In this document: positions 1-10,500 of the stretch, piece by piece
Layout: every line of letters starts with the position of its first letter
How positions within the stretch are numbered: the first letter of the stretch is position 1
Origin: an uncultured Phycisphaerales bacterium
GTDB lineage: Bacteria; Planctomycetota; Phycisphaerae; Sedimentisphaerales; Anaerobacaceae
Assembly: GCA_963718665.1 (NCBI GenBank)
Contig: OY970359.1
Coordinates: 256,001 to 320,000, forward strand
Direction: 5' to 3'
Length of the DNA stretch: 64,000 nt
Position numbers and translations under genes: made by a program
Notes under the pieces: generated by a model
Database searches by the model: none
What the model was told of the DNA's origin: nothing
The model's input: only the letters and a program-made list of their open reading frames with translations

Positions 1-478
1 AGTTATAACCATAACTCACTGAAACCGTGTTGGTATTGACGGTGCTCACGGCGTTGTAGATATTTTTGCTTATATCGTCGCTGGGGCAAAGATATTCTTT
101 TTGAACCATAAACTGACTTGCTGCCTCATTCGCAGTAAGTACATCTTCCGCATTATGACGGAGTTTCATTTGCATAATGTTCCGAAAAAGCGTGTTCTGC
201 ATCCAAGGCGTCGTTACAATCGTCGGAACGCTACCTCCTCTGGTGGTGCTTGTAGAAACACCGGTGACCCCAAAATTAATGGGCACAAAACTCCCATCGC
301 ACGATTGTGAATAAATCAAATTAGCCGTCATAAGCGTCTTCAAATGATTGGCGCATACTATCCTCTTGGCAAGGTCTCTGGCCTTGCTGAGAGCAGGCAG
401 CAATACCGCCATCAACAAAGCGATAATTGCAATTACAACCAGAAGTTCAACCAGCGTAAATCCTTTTAACTTTCTCAT
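1..478 (-). CDS. Prepilin-type N-terminal cleavage/methylation (type II secretion pseudopilin, DUF1559-like) protein; runs off the window edge
   Basis: Manual translation gives [47 protein letters not shown]...YLCPSD...SYGYN. It is absent from the ORF track because its stop lies outside the window. Confidence 0.9.
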   Translation of the reverse strand, partial: MRKLKGFTLVELLVVIAIIALLMAVLLPALSKARDLAKRIVCANHLKTLMTANLIYSQSCDGSFVPINFGVTGVSTSTTRGGSVPTIVTTPWMQNTLFRNIMQMKLRHNAEDVLTANEAASQFMVQKEYLCPSDDISKNIYNAVSTVNTNTVSVSYGYN

Positions 479-621
479 AATACAGTTTAAAAAATCCTTA
501 CAATACAATTCTCAACAAAACCAGCTCACCATCCCGTTTGAAAAACGGGAGCCGTTTTGTGACGTCTGAAAGTTTCAGTTTCAATTATTCCACCAATAGC
601 TTTCGGCCTCCAAATAAATTG

Positions 622-2385
622 TTACCAGTTAGGTGGACAACCGGTGCCCGGGTTATCGCACAGGTGCCATTGCGAAGCAAAAATAGCAAAATCATAGATG
701 TCCACCTGGCAGTCGCCATTCAAATCGCCGGGCAGAGTCAATCCTCTTGCAATGACCTCGGCACAATTCTTGGGCTGCCACGCGGCGTAATGCGCTGCTA
801 TACGGTTGGCGCTCAAAACTCCCGAATAAACGGCAAATTCATCGACATATCCGCCGAAGCAGTTGGTACCCATTCCAATGTTCTGCTCACAACCAATCTG
901 GAGAACATAAAAGAAATTAGGTCCAAGTCGTGCGTTGCCGTTGGGGTCAACGATGGTTGTTGAAGCGGCAAGTGAGCCATCCACATACAATTGAAGACCC
1001 ATATCATGTCCCAGGTTATTCTCATTTTGGTCGTATGTAACGACTATTTGATGCCACTGCCCGTCCAGAGGAGCATTTGTGCCCGGATACCACCATTGAC
1101 TACCGGCGAGAACTCGCAGTTTTCTCAGGCCTGTAGCACCATCGGTGTACAAACCCATTCCGGGGGCATTGGGCTCTTTAACAGGCCCGTTAGTTCCGCT
1201 ATCCCAAGACATACCATCAATCTGCTGGAAAAGAATTGCGTATGTGTCAGGCGTAAGTGTGGGATCACTCTTCATCCAGAACTCATAAGTTGTGTCTTCG
1301 GGAGCAAAGTTCCCATAGGCGTCCAGAGTAAAGGCGAATTCGGGGCCCCACCTATTAGTGAATCCTGGTCCTGACCTGAAGGGGGTGGGGGTATCACCGT
1401 TGTTCCAGACATAAGCTCTTCCTTGATTACCGCTACCTAGAGAGGCCGAGTTATTGCAATAAAGGGCTCTGCTGCCGATTGCGCCGCCGACTGGTTTGGT
1501 CTTTGCATTGACACTATAACCAGCCCAGTAATGGTTTGAAGAAGAGTCGACCGGCATTGGGTTGTCAAACTTCAGATACACACAAGGGTCGTCAGCCATC
1601 ACTTCCGCCGCGTATGGACCCGGCGATATCGAATTGAACGTAACCACTATGTGATGCCAGGCGTTATCATTTATCGCTTTGGTAATGTAGCCCGTGCTGC
1701 CGCCGCCGATAAGGCCGACGGCGTTGGTTTCCGCGGAATACATAGCGCCATAACTGTGCTGCTCGGTGTTTCCGCCATTATGCTGGAAAAACCTCGGGTA
1801 GTCGCTGTTCTGCGTTGTCTTGAGCCAGAACTCAACGGACACATTCGTAGTGGACAACTGCAGACCGTAATCGCAAACGTCAACACAATCGCCTGTCCCG
1901 CCGTTAGCGCCATGCAGAACCGCGGCCTTACCAATATAACCGCCGGCGTCCTGACCAACAGCGCCGATATAAGTGATGTTCATATCCGCTGCGCTGCCGC
2001 TATTTGCAGCTTTACTGCCTTGGTTACTATTGGCATCTTCAAATTGCAGATAAAGCAAAGGATGGTCCCCGTTAACCGCGGCCCTGTAGCCCGCCGGCGC
2101 CGCGTTGAAGTGCGCAGCTACATTAGCGTCTGTTAAGACGTAACCATACACCGCGAACTCATCAATCTCGCCGACAAGCCCGCTATAACAATAGTAGCGA
2201 CTTCCCTCCGCACCGATTGTCAGACGGGGATAAGGGAAACTAATCGCCTGGGTAGTGCTTGCAGTCCCCACTTTTACCCCATCCACGTATAACGTTTTTG
2301 TAACGCTGTTTGCCGAAGCAACACCTGTCAGCGACAGCCCGAAAATAACCGCAATCACAATTGATAATTCAAATTTATATTTCAT
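622..2385 (-). CDS. Secreted LamG/concanavalin-like domain protein with C-terminal dockerin-like module
   Basis: Signal peptide after MKYKF (RBS AAGGAG upstream; the ORF track starts at 2424). LamG motifs WHHIVVT, LYVDG and DEFAVY each occur twice. C-terminal GDLNGDCQVDIYDFAIFASQW. Confidence 0.8.
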   Translation of the reverse strand: MKYKFELSIVIAVIFGLSLTGVASANSVTKTLYVDGVKVGTASTTQAISFPYPRLTIGAEGSRYYCYSGLVGEIDEFAVYGYVLTDANVAAHFNAAPAGYRAAVNGDHPLLYLQFEDANSNQGSKAANSGSAADMNITYIGAVGQDAGGYIGKAAVLHGANGGTGDCVDVCDYGLQLSTTNVSVEFWLKTTQNSDYPRFFQHNGGNTEQHSYGAMYSAETNAVGLIGGGSTGYITKAINDNAWHHIVVTFNSISPGPYAAEVMADDPCVYLKFDNPMPVDSSSNHYWAGYSVNAKTKPVGGAIGSRALYCNNSASLGSGNQGRAYVWNNGDTPTPFRSGPGFTNRWGPEFAFTLDAYGNFAPEDTTYEFWMKSDPTLTPDTYAILFQQIDGMSWDSGTNGPVKEPNAPGMGLYTDGATGLRKLRVLAGSQWWYPGTNAPLDGQWHQIVVTYDQNENNLGHDMGLQLYVDGSLAASTTIVDPNGNARLGPNFFYVLQIGCEQNIGMGTNCFGGYVDEFAVYSGVLSANRIAAHYAAWQPKNCAEVIARGLTLPGDLNGDCQVDIYDFAIFASQWHLCDNPGTGCPPNW

Positions 2386-2445
2386 ATTTCCTTCTCCTTT
2401 TTTTATGTCTTTTTGTCTTTTCATCGCAATATAGATCTCAAACCG

Positions 2446-3717
2446 TCAAAAACATCCGTTCGGATCCGGGTTATTACAAATCAGCCAGTTATGCGCCGCC
2501 AAAGCAAGGTCATCGAGTCCCACAGCACAGTCGCCTGTCAGGTCTGCCGGATAGTTAAGACCATAGAAACCAACCGCACTGCAATTATTTATTGCGATGG
2601 GGCCGGTTTTATAAAAATTCACGTAGATAATGCTGAACCCTGTTGAGTCGCCCGCGTTTGGCGTGAACTCCCAGCTAATTGTATGGATGCCTTTAAAAAG
2701 GTTGGCGGTAACTTTATCGGTTTCCACAAACGCCCCCTTAGTCTGATTGTTCACGTCACCCAGTAACTTGTCATCTAAATAAAGATTCATGGATATAAGC
2801 ACGCCGTTAGTTGTGTTAAGACTCAGGGAAATGGCATACTGACCATGATTAGCATCATCGACGTTGATATCGTAATACATAAAGTCACCTGAATCTAGGT
2901 AGCCGACCTCCTCTCCAAAATTGGCATCGTAGTAGGTGCTTGGGCCAAAGGGGGTTAATAGTGTGTCTCTGGTGTTTCTATTGCCCGCAACATCCCACTT
3001 TCCCGCCTCAATCCGAATCAAACCAAGGGAATTAGGTTCAACAACAAAAGGCGACTTCTGTCTAACAAACTGAAGGGCGTTGAGTTTATTCGTATAGGTC
3101 AGGTATAAATCCTGAGGATTGGAATTGTTGACGTCCACGCCGTGGAAAATCACGTAGTTTCCGTTCTCGACAAACGTTCCGGCACCAATGCCGCCGCTTA
3201 CTGTTTTAGTTGTTATGACACCACTCTGATCCAGTATAAAGCTTCCTGCGTCATTTCCATAAACGTAGATATCATAAACATCCTGGTATGCGCCCTGACC
3301 CCAGATGGAAATATTCGGTTCGGAGGTGACAGGCGCTGCGACAAATCCGTTATCCATCAAATTCTCGTCTGAGTTATGCAGATAAGTATGATTTTGCCCA
3401 TTGTCGCCAATCCACACCTGAGCAGCATAAACACTGGATAAATATTGCTGTGCTGGCGGCACCAAAGCCCCCACAAGCGCCTCGCTCCGTGCCGAACCTA
3501 CCGGCACCCCCCATCCTCCATAATAAGGAGTCCAAACGTATGCGTCACAGGCATCATAGACGTTGGTGGAAATGTTACCAATGTAGGCACCGCTGCCGAT
3601 ATAGGACGTGTTATCATTATAACCCCTTATGGCAACATTGATGACATCTGTCGCCATTGCAACCCCAACGGCAACCAGAACAATTGATACGATTGTTAGT
3701 AATTTAATTTTCATCAT
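2446..3717 (-). CDS. Secreted protein with a possible CBM6/CBM35-like beta-sandwich and dockerin-like tail
   Basis: Signal peptide; VGYLDSGDFMYYDINV...GQYAISL...LFKGIHTI; C-terminal ADLTGDCAVGLDDLALAAHNW; RBS AGGAGG. Confidence 0.6.
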   Translation of the reverse strand: MMKIKLLTIVSIVLVAVGVAMATDVINVAIRGYNDNTSYIGSGAYIGNISTNVYDACDAYVWTPYYGGWGVPVGSARSEALVGALVPPAQQYLSSVYAAQVWIGDNGQNHTYLHNSDENLMDNGFVAAPVTSEPNISIWGQGAYQDVYDIYVYGNDAGSFILDQSGVITTKTVSGGIGAGTFVENGNYVIFHGVDVNNSNPQDLYLTYTNKLNALQFVRQKSPFVVEPNSLGLIRIEAGKWDVAGNRNTRDTLLTPFGPSTYYDANFGEEVGYLDSGDFMYYDINVDDANHGQYAISLSLNTTNGVLISMNLYLDDKLLGDVNNQTKGAFVETDKVTANLFKGIHTISWEFTPNAGDSTGFSIIYVNFYKTGPIAINNCSAVGFYGLNYPADLTGDCAVGLDDLALAAHNWLICNNPDPNGCF

Positions 3718-3854
3718 CTCAATACCTCCTATATGTATTTACGATACATCACCCTTGTTTACCCTTTACTAACTTCACGTTTTTATATTCAGCCGGCATA
3801 TCCGGCCCGTCTCTTTCATCTACACCACTGCCTGCCGAAGTACCAGGCAGATAA

Positions 3855-4904
3855 CTAAAGCATAATCCCTGTCGATTTATTAACCAGTGCCGTCGTCGAA
3901 GACCGCACTATAAGGTCCTGCGAAAGTTTTACGCACTCAGGACGATATTCCGAAGGCGACTGAAGATGTTTGAGCAGCAAATTCGCGGCTATCTGCCCCA
4001 TCTGTCTTGACGGCACCGCGACCGTTGTAAGGGGCGGAGCGACAATGCTGCACAGGTATTCATCGTTAAAGCAAAGCAAACTGACCTGCTTGGGAATCTG
4101 AATTTCAAGCATATTAGCGCCATGGAGAATTCTCATCGCCTCAATATGGTCGTACGCGAGAATCGCGGTTGCGTGATGCTTAATCACCGCTGAAGCCAAA
4201 AAGGCAGATGCCGAACTGAAAACCTTGTCATGATTTTTCATCGGTTCAAGCCCCCGCATTTTCAGCTCGGAAAGGTATGTGTCGTGCCGGTCGCTGATAC
4301 TTCTATGCTTATAGTGCTCACTGGTGGGACCCGCGTAAGCTATCTGAGTGTGTCCGAGCTCAACAAGATGACGCACTGCCATCTTTGTTGCTTCAATATC
4401 ATCGGGAATGACCGATGAACAACTGGGGCCGCCAACACCATTGATAACCACATAAGGAAGATTTGCTCTTTCCATCTCTTCGATGGTTTCCTGCGAACAT
4501 TTCTGAAGGACTATCGCTCCATCCACCTTCCACGGCGGCAGTTCGCAGCGGTTATCTACCAGATTGGGAACGGACATGCAAACATCATAGTTGCCCGTGT
4601 GCAGCTCGCGAACGCAGGATTCGATAATGGCCTGGTATATGTTGCCGGGAAATCCCAAGGCAATGTCACAACCGAGCATCGCGATTACGCTGGTCTGTTT
4701 TCTGACAAGATTCTTGGCCGCGAGATTGGGACGATACCCAAGTGAATTTGCAATATCGACAATACGTTGATGAACTTCACGTCTGACGGAAAAACCATGC
4801 TTGAAATTACCGTTCAATACCCGGCTAACTGTCGCCTGGCTTACACCGCAATGGGAAGCAACTTCCCTGATGGTCGGTACGCCGTTGCTTCGAGGGGTAC
4901 TCAT
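3855..4904 (-). CDS. LacI-family transcriptional regulator
   Basis: PTIREVASHCGVSQATVSRVLNG helix-turn-helix, YRPN hinge, PPLTTV, LIVRSST. Confidence 0.95.
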   Translation of the reverse strand: MSTPRSNGVPTIREVASHCGVSQATVSRVLNGNFKHGFSVRREVHQRIVDIANSLGYRPNLAAKNLVRKQTSVIAMLGCDIALGFPGNIYQAIIESCVRELHTGNYDVCMSVPNLVDNRCELPPWKVDGAIVLQKCSQETIEEMERANLPYVVINGVGGPSCSSVIPDDIEATKMAVRHLVELGHTQIAYAGPTSEHYKHRSISDRHDTYLSELKMRGLEPMKNHDKVFSSASAFLASAVIKHHATAILAYDHIEAMRILHGANMLEIQIPKQVSLLCFNDEYLCSIVAPPLTTVAVPSRQMGQIAANLLLKHLQSPSEYRPECVKLSQDLIVRSSTTALVNKSTGIML

Positions 4905-5090
4905 TTTTTCTTCACCTTAATCCAAATTACATAACATCTAAAAACCTGAAACTGTTAACAGGTTTATATTCACTATATATTGCTTTTTCTTATGCTTTTT
5001 GCTAATCTATTTGGAAGGCAATAAGGTTTGCTTCGCATAAGATTGCATATTATTCAAATTTGCGAAGAGCGTCGTGACCACTAAACGTCC

Positions 5091-5104
5091 AGTAATCGTT
5101 TACT
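5091..5104. promoter_or_regulatory. Putative LacI operator (upstream of the lacI-type gene; autoregulation)
   Basis: AGTAATCGTTTACT, a near-palindrome with central CG, identical at three sites in the locus. Confidence 0.75.
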
Positions 5105-5385
5105 TATACATTAGCATTGTCGTTTAGCAATGTCCAGCTTTTTTTTAAAAAAATTTCTTTTACCCCCAAACCCACCGAAATCAACCCGTAAAAATGTGGA
5201 GTTACCATTCGCAGAGAATATGGCTTGAGAAGCAAAAACCCGTTTTTTGGCCGATTCAAAGGGGGTAGATGTCAAAAAACATAGCATTTGCCGGCCAAAA
5301 CATAATATCGTTTACCGGAAACGGACAATTTCAGGTAAAGCATAATAATCTTTGCGAGCTATTATTTTATTACATAAATATAAGC

Positions 5386-5431
5386 TTGACTGGCCTAATA
5401 CATTTAGGTTATAGTTAAGTAATCGTTTACT
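5386..5431 (+). promoter_or_regulatory. Sigma70-like promoter plus operator for the GH30 gene
   Basis: TTGACT (5386) with TATAGT (5410), followed by AGTAATCGTTTACT at 5418-5431. Confidence 0.7.
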
Positions 5432-5610
5432 ATTGCTGCGGCAAAAGTCGGGGCAGTGTCAATTGGCCGGTTATCAGAGGCCCCGCCGGGGTGATTAAAC
5501 ACTTATCGGACGTGATGAAAAGTTAAAAAGCCCGATTCTTTGGGGTTCCAAAGCTTATTTCCGGTTTAGCCACCTAAAAACTACCCCTAAGAACGTTTGA
5601 GGAGAACAAA

Positions 5611-7665
5611 ATGAATGGAAATCGCTTTCACGCATGCGTGTTTTTTAGCTTAATCCTGCTATTGGGAACATCCTACGGCGATGTAAACAACATCCTGGTC
5701 AACCCCGGCTTTGAAAGCAGCACAACCGGCAACTGGGCAGCTCGAAGCTGCACTTTCGCAAGAACTACAACCCAAGAGCATAGCGGTTCTTACAGCGGAC
5801 TGGCAAGCAGCAGGAACGCGAGTTGGGAGGGGATACAACAAGATGTTACGGGCAAAATGGTGGTGGGAGCAACCTACCAAGTATCCGGCTGGATTAAAAC
5901 AAGTAATGCCGCCAGCACCCCTGTCGACCTGTGTTTTCAGAAAACCGACGGCAGCGGAATTACTTATGCCTGGGGAGCCAGTGGCACAGCCAGCAGCAGT
6001 GGATGGACATATATCTCAGGAAGTTATACCCTTACTGTAAATGGCACGCTTACAGATCTTCTGCTGTACGTCGAAGGTGCGACTTCAGGAACAAGTTATT
6101 ATAATATATATTTAGATGACGTGAACGTATTTGGCCAGGTTCCCGGCATAGCAGGTCCAAACGCGACAGGTGAGGTTAATTTCACCGTTACTCATCAAAC
6201 CCTCGAAGGTTTCGGCGCAGCCGGCGCCTGGATTGAAGATACGCTTGTTACCCTCGGTAACTCTCAACCAAACATCTACAATGTGCTCTTTGGTAACTTA
6301 GGCCTCGATATATACAGGATTCGCAACGACTATAACGAAAGCGATGCCTCCCCTTATATGAGCGACACCGCCACGATAATATCCAATGCAAACGCGTCGT
6401 TAGGCCACCCCATACGCGTTCTGCTTTCCTCCTGGTCTCCGCCCGCATACCTCAAGAGCAACAACAACACCGAGGGCGGAACGCTTGCCAAGGTCAGCGG
6501 AAATTACGTTTATTCCAATTTTGCACAGTGGTGGGCCGACAGTTTGACCGCCTGGTCCAGCGCCGGGGTAAACCCGTACTATATAAGCATGCAAAACGAA
6601 CCCGATTATACCGCAAGTTGGGACACCTGTTATTTTGCACCCACCCAGACAGACGCTAACGCCGGCTATGAACAGGCATTCGCGGCCTTATACACAAAAC
6701 TCAATACATTACCGAGCCACCCGAAACTTCTCGCTCCGGAAACGGCAAACTTCACCGATACCCCCGGTTACATAAGTGCCCTAACTACCACCGACACAAA
6801 CAACGTCTATGGTTATGCCCACCATCCCTATGACGCCAGTGCAAGTTCCCCCGATGGAGAAGACAGTACAATGGCGACCTTCGCCTCATCATACGGCAGC
6901 AAACCCATAATGATGACGGAATTCTCCGGCTCCGGCCCATTTGCCTGGACAGACGCAATGAACCTCGCGATTTTTATAAATAATTTCATGACTATAGAAG
7001 GGGCTTCGGCTTATCTGTACTGGGAATTGTTCTGGAACGGTAACGGCTCGCTTGTAACCATTACATCATCAAGCTATACAATCAACACTGTTTATTACGC
7101 TATGATGCATTATTCCAGATTCACAGACCCCGGCTGGCAGCGAGTTGATGCAAACTCTACCTCATCCGATTTGAGAATATCGGCCTACAAAGACCCCTGT
7201 GAGCCAAACGCGGCAATCGTGATAATCAATACTTCAACCACTACCGATATGAATTTGACACTTGCTTTGAACGGTTTTACGCCGCAAAACTCCGGGATAT
7301 ACCAATCCACATCCAATGCTAATTTCGCATATATCGGGACATTCAGCACATCGGCGCCGGTGTTTCTGCCCCACCAGTCAATAACAACAATCCACCTGGC
7401 GGGATTTGCAGATTGTGCTGGTGTTCAGGCAGGTAACTATCGTCTCGACTCAGACCTCAACGGCGATTGTTACGTTGACTTGCTGGACCTGCAGGTAATG
7501 GCCGACTACTGGCTGCATACCGATTGTACCGCACCGGGTAATTGTCAAAACGCGGATTTTGCGCCGACGGATGGCACGGTTGATTTCCTCGACTTTGCCG
7601 ACTTTGGCCTGCAGTGGATGCAGTGCAACAACCCGCAGGACGCAAGCTGCTCACCAAACTGGTAA
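5611..7665 (+). CDS. GH30 (glucurono)xylanase with N-terminal CBM4/9/22-like domain and dockerin-like tail
   Basis: Signal peptide; NILVNPGFES CBM start; QTLEGFGAAG, SWSPPAYLK, SMQNEPD (acid/base), IMMTE (nucleophile); DLNGDCYVDLLD. Confidence 0.88.
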   Translation: MNGNRFHACVFFSLILLLGTSYGDVNNILVNPGFESSTTGNWAARSCTFARTTTQEHSGSYSGLASSRNASWEGIQQDVTGKMVVGATYQVSGWIKTSNAASTPVDLCFQKTDGSGITYAWGASGTASSSGWTYISGSYTLTVNGTLTDLLLYVEGATSGTSYYNIYLDDVNVFGQVPGIAGPNATGEVNFTVTHQTLEGFGAAGAWIEDTLVTLGNSQPNIYNVLFGNLGLDIYRIRNDYNESDASPYMSDTATIISNANASLGHPIRVLLSSWSPPAYLKSNNNTEGGTLAKVSGNYVYSNFAQWWADSLTAWSSAGVNPYYISMQNEPDYTASWDTCYFAPTQTDANAGYEQAFAALYTKLNTLPSHPKLLAPETANFTDTPGYISALTTTDTNNVYGYAHHPYDASASSPDGEDSTMATFASSYGSKPIMMTEFSGSGPFAWTDAMNLAIFINNFMTIEGASAYLYWELFWNGNGSLVTITSSSYTINTVYYAMMHYSRFTDPGWQRVDANSTSSDLRISAYKDPCEPNAAIVIINTSTTTDMNLTLALNGFTPQNSGIYQSTSNANFAYIGTFSTSAPVFLPHQSITTIHLAGFADCAGVQAGNYRLDSDLNGDCYVDLLDLQVMADYWLHTDCTAPGNCQNADFAPTDGTVDFLDFADFGLQWMQCNNPQDASCSPNW

Positions 7666-7695
7666 AAACAAATACCTCACCTCCTGTCGATATAG

Positions 7696-7726
7696 AGGCC
7701 GGTTTTAAGCCAACAAACCGGCCTTT
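7696..7726 (+). terminator. Probable intrinsic terminator after the GH30 gene
   Basis: AGGCCGGTTT...AAACCGGCCT hairpin followed by T residues. Confidence 0.6.
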
Positions 7727-7848
7727 GCGAGAATGTTTTTATACCCAGAAATCGTTTGCATAACCGTATTGACTAAGTTATAACTAAAATGCGAAATAAC
7801 TACCGCGAACTAAAATCCGGCATTTATTATTCAAAGCAAGAGATTGAT

Positions 7849-9492
7849 ATGAAAAAAATAAGGAACCCTGTTTTGCCCGGCTTTAATCCTGACCCATCTA
7901 TTCTCCGGGTAAATGATGACTATTATATAGCAACCAGCACTTTTGAGTGGTTTCCGGGCGTCCAAATCCATCATTCAAAAGACCTCGTCAACTGGCAATT
8001 ACTAACGCATCCGGTTACACGAACAAGCCAGCTCGATATGAGAGGCAATATATCGTCCTCCGGCGTATGGGCCCCCTGCCTGAGCTATCGTGATGGATTA
8101 TTTTACCTGATTTATTCGAACGTCAGGTCATATAAAGGGCCTTTCAAGGACGTTTATAACTGCCTGATAACCGCAAAAAATATCGAAGGCCCCTGGTCTG
8201 AACCCATATTCCTTAATTCCAGCGGTTTCGACCCCTCCCTGTTCCATGATGACAACGGGAAAAAATGGCTGGTAAATATGTTGTGGGACCACCGCAAACT
8301 AAAATTAGGCGAACCAAACCATGACGATGGGGCCAATGAAGACGAGCACGAATCCATAAAAGGGTGCTTCGCTGGCATAGTAATCCAGGAGTATTGCCCC
8401 AAAAGCAAAAAACTTGTCGGCCCCGTGAAAAATATATTCCAAGGGACTAAAATCGGTCTTGTGGAAGGCCCGCATATATACAAGCGAAATGGCTATTACT
8501 ATCTTCTGACCGCTGAAGGCGGGACCTATTACAAACACGCCGTAACAATGGCCAGGTCAAAAAACCTTTTGGGGCCATACGAAGTTGACCCTTCTAACCC
8601 GCTATTAACTTCGGCCGGGAAACCAGAACTGGAATTACAAAGAGCGGGACACGGCAGTTTAGTTGAAACGCAAAATGGCGAATGGTATCTGGCGCATCTG
8701 TGCGGCAGGCCGGTTAAAAGCAATACCGAACCTAAACTGCGATGTATGCTCGGAAGAGAAACGTGTATTCAGAAATGCAAGTGGACAAACGACGGCTGGC
8801 TTAAAGTCGAAGGCGGTAATAATCCTTCCGTCCTGGTCGAGCCGCCCGGACTGCCGACAGCTGAATTCACGCCCGAACCTGTCCGGGATGATTTTGATTC
8901 CGATGTGCTTGGCGTCCATTTCAGCACACTGAGAATCCCGGCGGACCCGAGCTGGTTAAATTTGAAAGACAGGCCCGGCCATCTGCGCCTCAAGGGCAGA
9001 GAATCGCTCGCGTCCCCGCATGAGCAAAGTTTGGTTGCCAGAAGAATTACCTCGTTTAAATGCCAGATAACAACATCTGTCGAGTTTGAGCCGGAGAACT
9101 TTCAGCAAATGGCGGGGCTTATCCTGTTTTATGATATTCAAAACTACATCTACCTGCGGATAAGCAATGACGAAAACATGGGAAAACATCTGGGTATAAC
9201 TACCTCCGACAACGGTTATTACAGCGAGCTGCGGAAACATGAAATCCGGCTTGGTAATCAGTCCCGATGCTTCTTAAGGGCCGATTATGACAACGGCTCC
9301 CTGCAGTTCTCATACAGCCCTGACGGCAGGAAATGGGAAAATGCAGGCCCTTCGCTTGACGCGACACGACTCAGCGACGAATACTGCAAAGATGGCTGTT
9401 TTACCGGCACATTCGTCGGCTTATGTTGCCAGGACCTGTCCGGCGCTCACAAACACGCGGACTTCGACTTCTTCGAATATAAAGAATTGTAA
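7849..9492 (+). CDS. GH43 beta-xylosidase (XynB-like), no signal peptide
   Basis: NPVLPGFNPDPSI, STFEWFPGV, GFDPSLFHD, EGPHIYK and a C-terminal beta-sandwich; start set at MKKIRNP (the track gives 7789). Confidence 0.93.
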   Translation: MKKIRNPVLPGFNPDPSILRVNDDYYIATSTFEWFPGVQIHHSKDLVNWQLLTHPVTRTSQLDMRGNISSSGVWAPCLSYRDGLFYLIYSNVRSYKGPFKDVYNCLITAKNIEGPWSEPIFLNSSGFDPSLFHDDNGKKWLVNMLWDHRKLKLGEPNHDDGANEDEHESIKGCFAGIVIQEYCPKSKKLVGPVKNIFQGTKIGLVEGPHIYKRNGYYYLLTAEGGTYYKHAVTMARSKNLLGPYEVDPSNPLLTSAGKPELELQRAGHGSLVETQNGEWYLAHLCGRPVKSNTEPKLRCMLGRETCIQKCKWTNDGWLKVEGGNNPSVLVEPPGLPTAEFTPEPVRDDFDSDVLGVHFSTLRIPADPSWLNLKDRPGHLRLKGRESLASPHEQSLVARRITSFKCQITTSVEFEPENFQQMAGLILFYDIQNYIYLRISNDENMGKHLGITTSDNGYYSELRKHEIRLGNQSRCFLRADYDNGSLQFSYSPDGRKWENAGPSLDATRLSDEYCKDGCFTGTFVGLCCQDLSGAHKHADFDFFEYKEL

Positions 9493-9536
9493 TTATCCGC
9501 AACGTGGTTTTCTTTGGTAATCAGCAGTCCAAAAAG

Positions 9537-9585
9537 AAAAACGCCCTCGTATTTCCGACTGTTGCCGGAATCACGAGGGCGTTTT
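9537..9585. terminator. Bidirectional terminator-like hairpin between convergent genes
   Basis: AAAACGCCCTCGT...ACGAGGGCGTTTT. Confidence 0.7.
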
Positions 9586-9618
9586 GTCATTTTAAAAACT
9601 AATATTCAGTGTAGCTAA

Positions 9619-10479
9619 TTAGCGTTTCCTGCGAATCAAAGCAAGACCGCCCAGACCAAGCAGAGCCATTGTTGCCGGCTCAGGAGTGAGCTGGATACCG
9701 TCAATGTAACTGGTATCAGCGCTGCTGTCGCCGGTGATGCCGTCACCACCGAAACCCCAGACATAAACGTTGCCGCTGCTGTCCGCGGTTAACGTGAACA
9801 CGGCCGGTGCCTGCGTAGCCCCGTTTGTTGTCCACGTGATGGTTTGCTCATCTGATGGTGCCAAAAAGCCGCTGATGTTGGTATATCCGCCCGGTGCATA
9901 CGGAGCTATAGCTGTCCAGTTCATTGAGTGGCTACCAGTCCAGTCGTAGGAATACAGCGCAATCTGGTATGACGCACCCGCAGTCAGTCCGCTGGCCTCG
10001 ACTTGTATATAGTTGGTGCCCTGCGTGTTGCTGCCGCTGCCGCCCACAAAGAGAAAATCACGGAACACATCGTTGTCGGCGGTTAAATCGGGAGAAGGAT
10101 TTCCGCGGTCTCTCGAATTGAGCATTACCGAGTTATAGTTCTTGGCCGTACCGGGTAAGCTAATTGTTAACTGCACGGAGCCAAAGGTCTTCGAAATGCT
10201 CGTGACACCGGTACCCGATGGCAAAACAGTCCCATCGCCGTATTGAGCTACCGGGCCGCCCCATGGTGACCACGTCACACCGTAGGGGTCTGCGCTAAAT
10301 GACGGGGTGCTATACGACCCGTTCCAGCCCTCAGTAGGACAGGCTTGCCCTGATGTACCGCCGTTGAGGTCAACCGACAGCTTCGCGTTTGTTAGAGGTC
10401 CTGTAAATATCCCCGTGGACGCCGAAGCCGTCAACGCTAACGAAAGAACAAGACATGCTGAAATAATAATTTTACTCAT
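9619..10479 (-). CDS. PEP-CTERM sorting domain protein
   Basis: Signal peptide; ends TPEPATMALLGLGGLALIRRKR. Confidence 0.92.
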   Translation of the reverse strand: MSKIIISACLVLSLALTASASTGIFTGPLTNAKLSVDLNGGTSGQACPTEGWNGSYSTPSFSADPYGVTWSPWGGPVAQYGDGTVLPSGTGVTSISKTFGSVQLTISLPGTAKNYNSVMLNSRDRGNPSPDLTADNDVFRDFLFVGGSGSNTQGTNYIQVEASGLTAGASYQIALYSYDWTGSHSMNWTAIAPYAPGGYTNISGFLAPSDEQTITWTTNGATQAPAVFTLTADSSGNVYVWGFGGDGITGDSSADTSYIDGIQLTPEPATMALLGLGGLALIRRKR

Positions 10480-10500
10480 ATTTTTACTCCTTTCAGTTAC

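Noticed and set aside
5303..5316. Additional operator TAATATCGTTTACC
   Set aside because: Only 9/14 matches; a half-site at best
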